Shown: piece after piece, positions 22,133 through 36,432 of the stretch
How positions within the stretch are numbered: position 1 is the stretch's first letter
Layout of the letters: each line of letters starts with the position of its first letter
From: Nitrospirota bacterium
GTDB lineage: Bacteria; Nitrospirota; UBA9217
Length of the DNA: 64,000 nucleotides
Assembly (NCBI GenBank): GCA_963741205.1
Contig: CAVUHW010000013.1
Location: forward strand, 111,104-175,103
Direction: 5' to 3'
Program-made: the position numbers and the translations under genes
The notes under the pieces: model-generated
Told to the model about the DNA's origin: nothing
Databases searched by the model: none
Seen by the model: only the letters and a program-made list of their open reading frames with translations

Positions 22133-22894
22133 TTATTTGAAGTTAACCAGCGCCGCGAACGATTCCGGTTTCAGGCTCGCCCCGCCTACGAGGGCGCCGT
22201 CGATGTCGGGCTTGGCCATGAGCGCGGACACGTTATCCGGCGTTACGCTCCCGCCGTATTGGATGCGAAGGCCTTCCGCGATCTCCGCGTTGTACAGGTC
22301 CTTCACCTTCTGCCGGATCAGGGCATGGACTTCCTCGGCCTGTTCGGGGGTCGCCGTCTTGCCCGTGCCGATGGCCCAGACCGGTTCGTAGGCGATGACC
22401 GCTTTTTTCATGTCCTCGGCGCTGATGTCTTTCAGCCCGCCGGTCACCTGCCTGCTGATGATGTCGTTCAGCTTGCCGGCCTCGCGCTCCGCCAAGGTCT
22501 CGCCGATGCACATGATCGGGAGCAATCCCTTCTTAAGCGCCTGCTTCACTTTCCTGTTCACGCCCTCGTCAGTCTCTCCGAAGTACTGCCTGCGTTCGCT
22601 GTGGCCAATAATAACATATTTACAGCCCAAATCCAATAGCATTTCCGCGGAAATCTCTCCGGTAAAGGCGCCTTTGTCTTCCCAATGGAGGTTCTGGGCC
22701 GCAAGGCTCATGTTCGTTCCCTTGATGGCCCCGGCCACGGTCTGGAGGGCCGTAAAGGTGGGCGCGAGCACGATCTCCCGGTCGTGAACGCCTGAGACAA
22801 GCGGCGCAAGCTTGGTCGCAAGGTCCCGTGCCTCGGCTGTTGTCTTGTTCATCTTCCAGTTGCCTGCAATGATCGGTTTACGTTTAGGATTCAT
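22133..22894 (-). CDS. tpiA: Triosephosphate isomerase
   Basis: AGNWKMN, GHSERR, AYEPVWAIGTG, YGGSV, LVGGASL. Confidence 0.98.
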   Translation of the reverse strand: MNPKRKPIIAGNWKMNKTTAEARDLATKLAPLVSGVHDREIVLAPTFTALQTVAGAIKGTNMSLAAQNLHWEDKGAFTGEISAEMLLDLGCKYVIIGHSERRQYFGETDEGVNRKVKQALKKGLLPIMCIGETLAEREAGKLNDIISRQVTGGLKDISAEDMKKAVIAYEPVWAIGTGKTATPEQAEEVHALIRQKVKDLYNAEIAEGLRIQYGGSVTPDNVSALMAKPDIDGALVGGASLKPESFAALVNFK

Positions 22895-22921
22895 AAGAAT
22901 GACCTCTTTTCAATTTCATCG

Positions 22922-23003
22922 GTAATACCTGCGAGGAAGCAGGTATCCATATGGCTTCTATCAAATAAACTTCAAAATGGATTCCGGCTTTCGCGGAAAT
23001 GAC
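22922..23003. repeat. GTCATTCC-type composite repeat (degenerate)
   Basis: GTAATACCTGCG..GCAGGTATCCA ... TGGATTCCGGCTTTCGCGGAAATGAC. Confidence 0.7.
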
Positions 23004-23031
23004 AAAAGATTAGCCGTAGGGTTTTTATCCT

Positions 23032-24225
23032 TTAATCCTTATCGTCTGTCAGGGCCGCAAGGCCCGGCAGTTCCTTGCCTTCGAGAAGTTCGAGCGATGC
23101 GCCGCCGCCCGTCGAGATGAAAGTGATGCTGTCTGAAACGCCTGCCTTGTGCACGGCAACGTCGGTGTCGCCGCCGCCCACGATAGTGGTCGCGTATGCA
23201 TCGGCCACTGCCCGGGCTATCGCAAAGGTGCCCCGGGAGTAGGCGTCCTTTTCGAACATGCCCATGGGCCCGTTCCAGATAATGGTTTTCGCGTCCTGTA
23301 TCGCCTCGGTGAAGAGCCGGACGGTTGCAGGCCCGATGTCCAGGCCCACCCACCCCTTGGGTATCTCCTGAGACGTGACGATTTTTGTCTCGGCCCCGTC
23401 ATTCATGTTCTCGGCGACCACGAAGTCCACTGGAAGATAGAATTTGACGCCCTTCTCGCGTGCATTATTTCTAATGCTCATGGCGGTATTGAGCATGTCA
23501 TGCTCAACGAGGGAGTTGCCTACTTCATCGCCCCAGGCTTTGTTGAAGGTAAAGGCCATGGCGCCGCCCACGATCACCTTGTCTACCTTGTCTTTCAGGT
23601 TCTCGATCACCCCGATCTTGCCCGAGACCTTGGCGCCGCCGAGGATCGCCACAAAAGGCCGCACGGGATTTGCGACGGCCTTCTGGAGGTATTCGATTTC
23701 CTTTTTCATGAGGAAACCCGCGACGGACTGATTCACGTACCGGGTGATGCCGAAGGTGGAAGCATGGGCGCGGTGCGCCGTACCGAAGGCATCGTTTACG
23801 AAGATATCGGCGAAGGCCGCGAGGGCCTTGGAGAAACCCTCGTCGTTTTTTTCCTCTTCCGCATGGAACCTGAGGTTCTCCAGGAGCAGCACATCGCCGG
23901 GACGCATTCCCGCGACCAGATGCTCCACGTCAGGGCCTATGCAGTCCTTGGCGAACTTGACCTCTTTGTTGAGGAGACGGTTCAGCCGCAGGGCTACCGG
24001 AGCTAAACTGTACTTCGGAGAGGGCTTGCCCTTAGGCCGGCCCAGGTGAGACGCGAGGATGACCTTGGCGCCGGCATCGAGCGCATAGTTGATCGTCGGG
24101 AGCGTGGAGCGGATCCTTCCGTCGTCGGTGATGTTGCCGTTCTCGTCGAGCGGCACGTTGAAATCCGCGCGGATAAAGACCCGCTTGCCCTTCAGGTCGA
24201 CTTTTTCGATGGTCTTTTTATCCAT
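23032..24225 (-). CDS. pgk: Phosphoglycerate kinase
   Basis: [37 protein letters not shown]. Confidence 0.98.
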   Translation of the reverse strand: MDKKTIEKVDLKGKRVFIRADFNVPLDENGNITDDGRIRSTLPTINYALDAGAKVILASHLGRPKGKPSPKYSLAPVALRLNRLLNKEVKFAKDCIGPDVEHLVAGMRPGDVLLLENLRFHAEEEKNDEGFSKALAAFADIFVNDAFGTAHRAHASTFGITRYVNQSVAGFLMKKEIEYLQKAVANPVRPFVAILGGAKVSGKIGVIENLKDKVDKVIVGGAMAFTFNKAWGDEVGNSLVEHDMLNTAMSIRNNAREKGVKFYLPVDFVVAENMNDGAETKIVTSQEIPKGWVGLDIGPATVRLFTEAIQDAKTIIWNGPMGMFEKDAYSRGTFAIARAVADAYATTIVGGGDTDVAVHKAGVSDSITFISTGGGASLELLEGKELPGLAALTDDKD

Positions 24226-24336
24226 TATGTCTCCTACAACCACAGGCGACTTCGTCGCACACGGTTTAAGAAAAACGCTTTCTGTTCTTTTATCCGTGTT
24301 TATCGGTGTGTTCTGCGGAGCAGAACCCGTGGTTGC

Positions 24337-25371
<1,035 letters not shown>

Positions 25372-25454
25372 TCAAGTAGCAGAGTGCAAAGTTCAGAAGT
25401 AGGTAACGGTCATGAGTCTTCCGGTACCTTTGCACTCTGACCTTTGCACCTGTA

Positions 25455-26781
25455 TTAATCGATCTTATGCATCACCAGCCCGGTCAGGAGCTTGGGGTAG
25501 AAGTACGTCGCCTTCTGCGGCATGCGCTCGCCCGCGGCCGCCACTTCCTTCACCTCCTGCACCTTCGTCGGGTTCATGAAGAAGACGATATCGGCGGCGC
25601 CGTCATGGACCCGCTTGTCCGCCTCCTCCGCCTCCTTGATATATTCGATGTTGAGGCCGAGCTTGTGGGTCTCCATCTTGACGCCCAGGAGCCGGTCGAT
25701 GATCAGATGGTGCAGGATCGAAACATCCAGCCTCCGGTACGCCGGCGATTTGTCCGGGAGCAGCGCGTCCATGTCCGCCTCGTTCCGAAGCGTCAGGAGA
25801 TAATAGCTGTGCTCGCCCCTGACCCGCATTCCGAAGACATGGGCATGGTCCGCCCGGTGCGCCAAGGTGTCCAGGATCGTGCGCCGGTCCTTGGTCTCCG
25901 ACTTTTTATCGAAATCGATGCGCTCGATGTTGAAATAGCGGTTCAGATCGTCCTCGAAGCGCCGCGGATCGAAGTCCGCGAGGTTGAAGAGCGCGCGGTG
26001 CGCCGGGAGGATCGTGAGCCCCGGGTCCTCGATCCGGGCCAGGAACATGGCCGTGTAATTGTAGCCTTCCTCTCCGGTGAACGAGCCTGCGGCCTTGCGC
26101 CGCTCGTTGCGGTAATTGAGCGCCGTATCATAGCGGTGATGGCCGTCGGCGATAAAAATGGGTTGGTCCGTCATTGCGCGGGCCACCGTCTCGATGTCAT
26201 CCTTGTCGGTCAGGGACCAGATACGGTGATGGACTCCGTCGCTGTTTCTCACTTCCATCTCGGGCTTGCCCGCGGTCTTGCCGAGGACGGCGGAGACCGT
26301 TCCCTGCGGGTCCGAAAAGAGCGAAAAGATCTGGCTGAAGCTCGCCCTGCAGGCGCGCAGGAGATTGAGCCGGTCGGTCTTGGGACCCGAGAGCGTGGTC
26401 TCGTGGGGCTTGACGATCCCCGAGTCGTAGTCCTCGATCCTGACGAGACAGACAAAACCGCGGAGCCTTTTTTTCGACTCGCCGGTCTTGTACTCCATTT
26501 CGTAAATATAGAAGGCCGGGTCCTGCCCCTGGCGCAGGATGTCTTTTTCGAACCACTCGTCCAGAAGGGCGGCCAGCGCGGGTATAGCGGTTGTCTTCCT
26601 CCGTATCGCCGGGACTCTCGAGGCCGTACTCAAGCCGAACTACATTATACGGGCTTCTCCGGTATAGTTCCTGCTGGGTCTCGTGCGAAATGATATCGTA
26701 CGGCGGACAGACAAGATCGGCGATAGTGCCCGCTTTTGCCTGGTTGTACGCCATACCCCGGAAGGGGATGATTTTCGCCAT
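25455..26781 (-). CDS. DUF1015 family protein (one frameshift near 26580)
   Basis: PPYDII, PHETT, IADGHHRY, MPQKATYFYPK. Confidence 0.9.
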
Positions 26782-26922
26782 TGATTGCGTCCTTGCCGCC
26801 CGATTGAGGCCGGGAAAGGCCTCCCAAAAGACTTCTTTTATAGCACAGCCTTCATTTTATTGTCAATATATTATATTTTGGTGCCAGGTACTCTATCGGG
26901 ACTATCGGACGCGGGTTTGATG

Positions 26923-27519
26923 TTATAAATTCGATTGATACCGCTTCAGAATCATCGCATAGTCTTTTCGCGTATCCATGTCGAGGAGCACTCCTTCATC
27001 CCTGACCGGTGCGAGCCGCACCCGGTCGGGGTCCTTCTTGACGATATCGCGGAGGGTGGCGCCGGAAAAAATATCATCGAGAGCGCTTCTCGGGAAGAGA
27101 CTCGGATGGCCCCGTTTCCCCTCATATTCCGGGATGATGATGGCGTCGGGAAACGCCCGGTGCTCGCGAAGGATGAGCCTGACTGTTTCCGGCGACACAA
27201 GCGGCTGGTCGGATAAACAGACGAGGACGGGAGAGGTATAGTGGCGAAGCTGTTTTAACCCGGTCCTGACCGATTCCGCCATATCGCTGTAAGGCGTTTC
27301 ATTCACGGCGATTGACACGGGAAGTCCGCGCAGGTGCGGCGCAAGTTTATTCCCGCATGCGCCGACGACGACCAGGATTTCGTTCACCCCCCCATCGACA
27401 AGCGAGTCGATGCAGTGCCTGATGACCGTCTTGTCACCGAGCTTGAGAAGCTGCTTGGTCTGCCCCATCCTGCTGGACGATCCCGCCGCAAGCAGCAGGG
27501 CCGAGACGGGCTGCTCCAT
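26923..27519 (-). CDS. mocA: Molybdenum cofactor cytidylyltransferase (MocA-like)
   Basis: LLAAGSSSRMG, DQPL, GHP, DMDT; in an xdh-family operon. Confidence 0.85.
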   Translation of the reverse strand: MEQPVSALLLAAGSSSRMGQTKQLLKLGDKTVIRHCIDSLVDGGVNEILVVVGACGNKLAPHLRGLPVSIAVNETPYSDMAESVRTGLKQLRHYTSPVLVCLSDQPLVSPETVRLILREHRAFPDAIIIPEYEGKRGHPSLFPRSALDDIFSGATLRDIVKKDPDRVRLAPVRDEGVLLDMDTRKDYAMILKRYQSNL

Positions 27520-28276
27520 GCTGTCTCCTTTTTTCGATGATCTGCGCCATGATGCTCACGGCTATCTCCTCCGGCGTCACCGAGCCGATGGGGGCCCCCA
27601 CGGGGATGATGACCCTTTCGATGTCCTGCCGGGAAAACCCGCTGTCGGCCAGAGCACCATACAACAGGCCTTTCTTGCGCCTGCTCCCGAGCAGGCCGAG
27701 GTACTGCGAGTCGGTCCTGAGCGCGGCCTTCACCGCGTCCAGGTCGTGATTATGCCCCCGCGTCGCCACGACGATGAAGGTCTTTTTGTCGACCGGCACC
27801 TGCTCAAAGGCGCGATCGAATGCATTCACCACAATATCGTTTGCATCGGGGATATTCTCCCGGTTCGCGAATTCCGCACGGTCGTCCACCACGGTAACCC
27901 GGAACCCGGAAAACCTTGCGAGCTTGGAGAGGGTCTTTCCCACGTGGCCGGCCCCGAGGATCACGAGGTGGGGCTCGAGCATGACCGGTTCAATGTAAAC
28001 GAGCACCGCTCCGCCGCAAACGAGCCCGCCCTCGCGCTCCGTAAGCTCGAAGGGCAGGGTCATGGGGTTGCCGTCCTTCATGGCCATGAGCGCCGCCTGC
28101 ACAACGTCCGCCTCAAGACAGCCGCCGCCCAGGGTCCCCAGGAGGGAGCCGTCGTCCCTGACGAGCATCTTAGCGCCCTGCTTCTGGGGCGCCGAGCCGC
28201 GGCACTCGACGATGGTGGCGATGGCGGAGATCCTGCCCAGGCGCTTGAGCCGGATCACTTCTTCGTAGATATGCAT
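27434..28276 (-). CDS. XdhC/CoxI family Moco insertion chaperone
   Basis: GSAP..GAKM, GTLGGGCLE, CGG, GAGHV, YLGLLGS, TPEEIAVSI. Confidence 0.92.
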   Translation of the reverse strand: MHIYEEVIRLKRLGRISAIATIVECRGSAPQKQGAKMLVRDDGSLLGTLGGGCLEADVVQAALMAMKDGNPMTLPFELTEREGGLVCGGAVLVYIEPVMLEPHLVILGAGHVGKTLSKLARFSGFRVTVVDDRAEFANRENIPDANDIVVNAFDRAFEQVPVDKKTFIVVATRGHNHDLDAVKAALRTDSQYLGLLGSRRKKGLLYGALADSGFSRQDIERVIIPVGAPIGSVTPEEIAVSIMAQIIEKRRQHGAARLGPAACGGIVQQDGADQAASQAR

Positions 28277-28302
28277 GAACACCTCGAAAAATACAAAATA
28301 TG

Positions 28303-28396
28303 TTGGACGCAGATTTGCGCAGAAGGAGCGGATTTAACTTCGCAGGAATGACGGTAAAAGCCTTAATCCGCATTTTCCGCGTTCATCTGCGTCCTG
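28303..28396. repeat. 9-bp-periodic inverted repeat containing a GTCATTCC-type fragment
   Basis: GGACGCAGAT..GCGCAGA..GCGGATT ... AATCCGC..TCCGCG..ATCTGCGTCC; CTTCGCAGGAATGAC at 28338-28352. Confidence 0.7.
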
Positions 28397-28403
28397 AAAA
28401 TTG

Positions 28404-30565
<2,162 letters not shown>

Positions 30566-30569
<4 letters not shown>

Positions 30570-31018
30570 TTTTTACCTCCTGCCGAGGCGAGGCGTATGG
30601 CGCTCTTGATCTTCGGATAAGTGCCGCAGCGGCAGAGGTTGCCGTTCATGTGCTCGACGATCTTTTCCTCCGAGGGGTGGGGATTCTCGGAAAGGAGCGC
30701 CGCGGCCTGCATGATCTGGCCGGGCTGGCAGTAACCGCACTGGGGGACCTGCTCCTTGATCCACGCCTGCTTGACGGGATGGTTTTCCGGGAGCCCTTCG
30801 ATGGTCGTGATCTTCTTCCCTTGCGCGCTTCCCGCGGGCGTCTGGCAGGAACGCTCCGCCTTGCCGTCGATGTGCACCGTGCAGGAGCCGCACATGCCGA
30901 TGCCGCAGCCGAACTTGGTGCCGGTAAGCTTGAGCCGCTCCCTGATGACCCACAACAGCGGCACATCCGGCGCAACATCCACCTGGTACGCTTTGCCGTT
31001 GATATCGAGACTGATCAT
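30566..31018 (-). CDS. (2Fe-2S)-binding subunit (IorA-like)
   Basis: [27 protein letters not shown]. Confidence 0.96.
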
Positions 31019-31220
31019 ACAAACACCTCCTGTTCACGATGGGACTGTAGTTTGAATGCCTTCATACTTATTAATTGTGGGGGAAGAAAAAGCGGCGCGC
31101 GAGGTTCGGCCGCATGATGAAAGCTTATCATTGATGGGGATATTGTCAAGGATAGGAAGCGAGAGACTTATACGGACTAAAGTATCAGTAATGAAGCTTT
31201 CATGCGAAGCCCATTCGTTT

Positions 31221-31246
31221 GTAGCCGCAGGCTTATCGAGCCTGCG
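31221..31246 (+). repeat. GTAG-type REP-like palindrome
   Basis: GTAGC-CGCAGGCT-tatcg-AGCCTGCG; relatives at 50819-50841 (-) and 8951-8973. Confidence 0.7.
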
Positions 31247-31324
31247 TGTATAGCCTTATTAACAGAGGATGCGGCGCAGAACTGAAGGGTTTGACGGCTA
31301 ACAAGCATGGCCCGACGTTGGATC

Positions 31325-32356
31325 CTAAAAATCATTAATCGCATCGATCAGGCTTTTCAGCCTGCCGAAGTCATGTCGGTTGAAGTCGACCTGGAGACGC
31401 GGCATGTCGACGACATCGTTGTCTTCGGCTTCAACGGGAAGGGGGCCGGACGGTACGATCTCACCTTGAGGGACAAGGATGTCGCGAAAGCCTCTGTCAG
31501 CTTCGAGATGTTCGCCGCGCTGAGCTGCGACGTGAGCCGGAACACGAGCTTGCCGTCCACATAGCGCATGCTGTGGTAGCGGCTGTAAAAGCGGTTGATC
31601 CTCGCGACCGCGGCCTCCACGGAATCGAAGCGCTCGAAGAGTGCAAGGTCGGTCTTGCTGATCAGGTTGCGCGTCAGGAGCTCCTCTTCGACGAACTTGA
31701 TGAGCTCGGTCCAGTACGAGCAGACGGGGTCGTCCACGAGCACGAGCGGAAGGGGATTTCGCTTGCCGGTCTGGACCAGCGTGAGCGTCTCCATGGCCTC
31801 ATCGAGCGTGCCGAAGCCCGCCGGGAAAGAGCGCCACGGCATCGGCCTCCTTCAGGAAGGCCACTTTGCGGTTGAAGAAATACTTGTACGTGATGAGCCG
31901 CGGGTTGCCCTCGAGCACGGGATTGGCCTTCTGCTCAAAGGGCAGCCGGATGTTGACGCCGAAGGAATGTTCGGGTCCGGCGCCTTCGTTGGCGGCCTGC
32001 ATGATCCCGCCTCCTCCGCCGGTAATGACCATGTAACCCGCCTCGGCGAGTTTCCGCCCGAACATCTGCGCCATCCCGTATATCGGTTCGTCGGGCTGCG
32101 TCCTCGCCGAGCCGAAGACCGTGACCTTGCGCTTGTCGCGGTAGGGGCCGAACACCTTGGAGGTGAACCGCATCTCCTTGAGCGTCGTGTTCATGAGCTT
32201 GAGGTCCGCGCTCTCGTCGTCTTCCTGTCCCGCCTTGAGCGCCGCGAGGATCATTTCGCGCACGTATTCGGGCCGGCGGATGCCTTCCGCGGTCTGCATC
32301 AATCTATCGATGGCCTCGTCAATGGGGCCGTTCGTTTTGGTGAAGTGAAGTTTCAT
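31325..32356 (-). CDS. LOG family (Rossmann-fold nucleotide-binding) protein, long form (frameshifted)
   Basis: VTVFGSAR, TGGGGGIM, LPFEQ, YFFNRK, PGGFGTLDE. Confidence 0.9.
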
Positions 32357-32515
32357 GGTTTGCTGTTCGCTCCTTCGAAAGAGGGGATGCTGCAAGAAGA
32401 AATAATAAGACTTTCCGCGCCGTTTGTCGAGGGGAAAGAGGCCGGAATCTCCATGCGGTATGATTCTGCTATACTGATATACTGAATGATACCAATTGCG
32501 AAGGAGGAATCCGTC

Positions 32516-32906
32516 ATGAAATACATCGTTGTCCTCGGCAGGTTATTGTACGTAGCGATATTTATCATGGCAGCGCCCGGGCATTTCACGTCAGGCACCA
32601 TCGCCTACTCGGCGAGCAAGGGCGTGCCCATGGCATCGATCACTCGTTCCCCTGTCCGGAGTGATCGCGCTCCTCGGGGGCCTCAGCATCCTGCTGGGCT
32701 ACCAGGCGAAGCTCGGCGGCTGGATGCTCGTGCTCTTCCTGGTTCCGGTTACGCTGATCATGCACAACTTCTGGACCGACATCGATCCCATGCAGGCAGG
32801 CATGCAGCAGATCATGTTCATGAAGAACGTCTCCATGCTGGGGGCCGCCCTTCTGATCGCCCACTTCGGGTCGGGGCCTCTGAGCCTGGACAACAGAAAC
32901 AAGTAA
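32516..32906 (+). CDS. DoxX family membrane protein (frameshifted)
   Basis: LGRLLY, GGLSILLG, MHNFW, FMKNVSMLG, GSGPLSLD. Confidence 0.9.
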
Positions 32907-32934
32907 TAGCCGCTTACTTTGCATATCCCAATCC

Positions 32935-33016
32935 GTCATTCCCGCAGTGGTTCTGAGCGGGAATCCATTTTATATCACATCACAATGGATCCCCGATGCA
33001 AACATCGGCGGATGAC
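32935..33016. repeat. GTCATTCC-type composite repeat
   Basis: First arm is the exact reverse complement of the second arm of the 6289-6371 copy. Confidence 0.85.
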
Positions 33017-33084
33017 AATTTGTTTGCGCGTTCTGCAGGTTTGAGGCAATGCCTCGCTAATATATATTTGACGGGAGGTTCACC

Positions 33085-33480
33085 ATGAAGCGAATACTAT
33101 TCCTGCTGACGGCTCTTTTTCTTATCGTTATAAGCCCGATGATTTCACGTGCCGCTGAAATGGCTCAACAGTCAAAAGCGGCTGACCCGGCGCAGCAGAA
33201 GGAAGAGTACGAGAAGAGCATGGAAGAGCGGCTGAGAATTCTCGGTAAACAGCTCGACGAGCTGAAGGTGAAGGCCGCTGCAAGGACGGAAGAGGCGCGA
33301 AAAGATCTGAACCAGTACATGAAAGACGCCGATAAAAAGCAGGAGGCCGCGTCCAGGAAACTCGAGGAGACGAGAAAGGCGTCAGTCAAAAAGTGGAAGA
33401 AATTTGTCTCCGATATGGACAATGCCGCCGATGAGTTCGAAACGGCCTATAAAAGGGCCGAGCAGCACTTCAAGGAGTAG
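33085..33480 (+). CDS. Exported coiled-coil hypothetical protein
   Basis: RBS GGAGG, signal peptide, K/E-rich heptads. Confidence 0.75.
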   Translation: MKRILFLLTALFLIVISPMISRAAEMAQQSKAADPAQQKEEYEKSMEERLRILGKQLDELKVKAAARTEEARKDLNQYMKDADKKQEAASRKLEETRKASVKKWKKFVSDMDNAADEFETAYKRAEQHFKE

Positions 33481-33500
33481 CCGTACCGCAGCCTCGCTCT

Positions 33501-34190
33501 TCATGCTTTCCGCCGTTCCCACGCAACCGCCCTCTCATAATCTTTGAAGAGCCTTTCTCTTTTTCTGAATTCCCTCGAATGGACGCTCCTTCTTTTTCCC
33601 TGGAGGAGCAAGCCTATGGCGGCATGGAGCATTTCGTGGTAGACGACGAAGGCGACATAATACCGGGGGACCGTCTTCCTGTCGAGCACCGGGTTGATCC
33701 TGATCGTGTTCGACCGTTCGCTGTAGCTCCCGAGGGTCCTCTTCCTGACGGCCCAGCGCGGACTCTTCGCGCCCCAGGTGATGGCCGCGTTAATCATGCC
33801 GCCGAAATATTCCTCGTTGATTTCCCGGTACAGTTCGCGAAGGTCAAAGAATTTACCCGAGGGTCTTTTCTGATATCCTGTTCGGCGGCCTTTTGCGGAG
33901 CTGCTCCCCGTGATCGCGAACGAACCTCTGGAAATGGGTCATCTTGCTTTTTCTGTTTTTCAGAAACGAGATGATTTCGTCGATCACCTGACGTCCGAGT
34001 TGAGAAATATCCGGTGCAGGCGCACGTGCAAAACGCCGTCCCGCACCCGCGCCGAGAGCATGCTCGTCGAATTATCGGTGAGGACGAGGGAAACAGGCCT
34101 TCCGAGGTGTACTTCGAGATGACGGCCGAGAGAGGTCTCCGTATGGCCGAAGAGTAAATTTAGTTGGAAGTCCGTTGTAATAGGCGACAT
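33501..34190 (-). CDS. SprT/M48-like zinc metallopeptidase (frameshifted)
   Basis: LGSY..IRINPVLD..YHEMLH..HSREF. Confidence 0.8.
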
Positions 34191-34346
34191 GGATTTTGAA
34201 GGATGCCCTTGGGAAAGTGTATTGAAATTCGCCAGATACGTCAAGTCATTTTATTATTGACCGAACATAAAACCGCATGATACTCTCTTATTAACGGCAT
34301 CAGCCTCGCCGATTACATGATGGACCATAAAACAAGGAGGAAGACT

Positions 34347-35720
34347 ATGAAACCCAACTCAAGCTTCGCTTTGGCGTGTGCTGTCACCCTGTTGGCGGCG
34401 CTCTGCGTATTCGCCGGCGGCTGCGCCCACTGGCCCGCCACACCGCGGCTGGAGCACGCCGGCGCGCCCGGCTACCGGCTCGCCGAGGTGACCCGCCCCG
34501 GCCAGTCCGACGACCTGCTGGTGGTCCTCGCCATCTCCGGCGGCGGCACGCGCGCCGCGGCGCTGGGCTACGGCGTCCTGGAAGAGCTGCGCCGCACCGA
34601 GGTGATGGTGAACGGCGTGAAACGCCGACTCCTCGACGAGGTGGACGTGATCTCGGCAGTGTCGGGAGGCACGCTGCCCGCCACCTATTACAGCCCTGCG
34701 CGGCGAGAAGACGTTCGAGGAGTTCGAGGCGAAGGTGCTGTCGCGCAATCTCGAGCGCGAGCTGGCGCTGCGCATCTTTACCCCGACCAACTGGTTCCGG
34801 CTTCCCTCCGGGACCTTCGGAAAGTCGGATCTCTTCGCCGAGCTCTACGACGAGACGGTGTTCGACCATGCCACCTTCGGCGACCTGAAGCGGGCCAACG
34901 GGCCCTTCGTGATCATAAACGGCACCGATGTCACCACCGGCGCCCGGTTCAGCTTTACGCAGGACTACTTCGACGCTATCTGCGGCGATCTCTCGCGGGT
35001 GACGCTGGGACGGGCCATTGCCACCTCGACGGCGCTGCCGCCGCTGCTCACGCCCATCACCCTGGAGAACCGCGGCGGGACCTGCGGCAGGAAGGCGCCG
35101 GCCTGGCAGGCCGCTGCCGAGGCCGCTATCGGCGAGTCCGAGACGCCAGGCCGCGCCCTGCTCCGCGCCCGCGCGCTCCAGTCCTACGAGGACCCGGCCC
35201 GCCCTTACATTCACCTCTTCGACGGCGGTCTCTCCGAAAATCTCGGCCTGACCGAGGTGCTCAGGGCCTTCGAGCTCCTGAAGGTCGACCCGGACGAGAC
35301 GGTGCTGCCGGCGCTCCGCCGGGCCCGCAAGGTGGTGGTCATCATTGTGAACGCGCTGCGCTTCCCCGAGGTGGACTGGGACCGCTCCCCCGAGCCGCCG
35401 AACACCGATACGCTGCGGACCAGATGTGGTCGATCCCGGTCGACCGGATATCCCTCGACGCGGTGGAGCAGGTGCGCGAGAAACTGGCCGCCTGGCAGGC
35501 TGACGCTCGCGTGGGCGGCCCGGAGCGGCGCGGGTACCTGGCGCAGGTCACCTTCGACGCCCTGAAGGACCCGTCGGAGCGCCTCTATTTCAAGCGGGTG
35601 AAGACCAGCTTGACGCTGCCCAAGGAGCAGGTGGACCGGCTGCGCGAGGTCGCCGGCCGGCTCCTGCGCGAGGCGCCCGCCTACCAGAGACTGCTCGTTG
35701 ACCTGGAATCGGGACGCTAG
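34347..35720 (+). CDS. Patatin-like phospholipase lipoprotein (frameshifted)
   Basis: Lipobox AGGC, SGGGTRAA, SAVSGG, FDGG. Confidence 0.88.
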   Translation: MKPNSSFALACAVTLLAALCVFAGGCAHWPATPRLEHAGAPGYRLAEVTRPGQSDDLLVVLAISGGGTRAAALGYGVLEELRRTEVMVNGVKRRLLDEVDVISAVSGGTLPATYYSPARREDVRGVRGEGAVAQSRARAGAAHLYPDQLVPASLRDLRKVGSLRRALRRDGVRPCHLRRPEAGQRALRDHKRHRCHHRRPVQLYAGLLRRYLRRSLAGDAGTGHCHLDGAAAAAHAHHPGEPRRDLRQEGAGLAGRCRGRYRRVRDARPRPAPRPRAPVLRGPGPPLHSPLRRRSLRKSRPDRGAQGLRAPEGRPGRDGAAGAPPGPQGGGHHCERAALPRGGLGPLPRAAEHRYAADQMWSIPVDRISLDAVEQVREKLAAWQADARVGGPERRGYLAQVTFDALKDPSERLYFKRVKTSLTLPKEQVDRLREVAGRLLREAPAYQRLLVDLESGR

Positions 35721-35912
35721 AATCTGTTTTCAAAAAGACCAAGCGCTTTGCCTTTTATGTCGGCAAGCGATGCAGCAGCTCGACGATCGGGGATGTCGCC
35801 AAGGAGTTCCGGCCAACTTCGTAGAAAAAGCAACACGGCTGCAACGTCCATGATTATTTAGGCTTGCAAACAGCCCCATAATCGGATAAATTTGTCATCA
35901 GAGGAGATTAAC

Positions 35913-36113
35913 GTGAAGATAGATATCGAGAAAGAAGAAGACGGACGTTGGATTGCCGAAGTATCCGATCTTCCCGGCGTCTTGGCCTATGGAACAACGC
36001 GCGAAGATGCCATTGCCAAAGTTGAAGCACTTGCTCTCCGAGTGATTGCGGATCGAATCGATCATGGTGAGACCATCCCGGAGCTCGATGAACTTTTTGC
36101 GGTCACTGCATGA
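35913..36113 (+). CDS. hicB: HicB-like antitoxin (short form)
   Basis: EEDGRWIAEVSDLPGVLAYGTTREDA. Confidence 0.88.
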   Translation: MKIDIEKEEDGRWIAEVSDLPGVLAYGTTREDAIAKVEALALRVIADRIDHGETIPELDELFAVTA

Positions 36114-36325
36114 GCCAATGGCCTTCTACGAAAACCCACACGGTTCTTGCCGCACTCCTTCATATCGGCTGGTCCATTAAACGAGAAACTGCCGGTTCCC
36201 ACCGCATTCTTTCACGGCCTGGGTGGCCTGATTTTGTCTTCGCCTTTCATGATGGTACTGAAATCGGTCCCCGCATGCTTGCTCGCATCGCGAAGAAGAC
36301 GGGTCTCCATCCTGTCGATTTATAG
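36110..36325 (+). CDS. hicA: HicA-like toxin
   Basis: GWSIKR..GSH, FHDG.EIGP.ML..I; ATGA overlap with hicB. Confidence 0.88.
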   Translation: MSQWPSTKTHTVLAALLHIGWSIKRETAGSHRILSRPGWPDFVFAFHDGTEIGPRMLARIAKKTGLHPVDL

Positions 36326-36432
36326 AATAACCGAATTATTATCCAGCTTGTCGTTCCACGCCGACCGCTTCGCGGCTCGTCGTTAACAATTTATTGCCCT
36401 CACTTGACTTCGTCGTTGCGCTGCATCGACCT

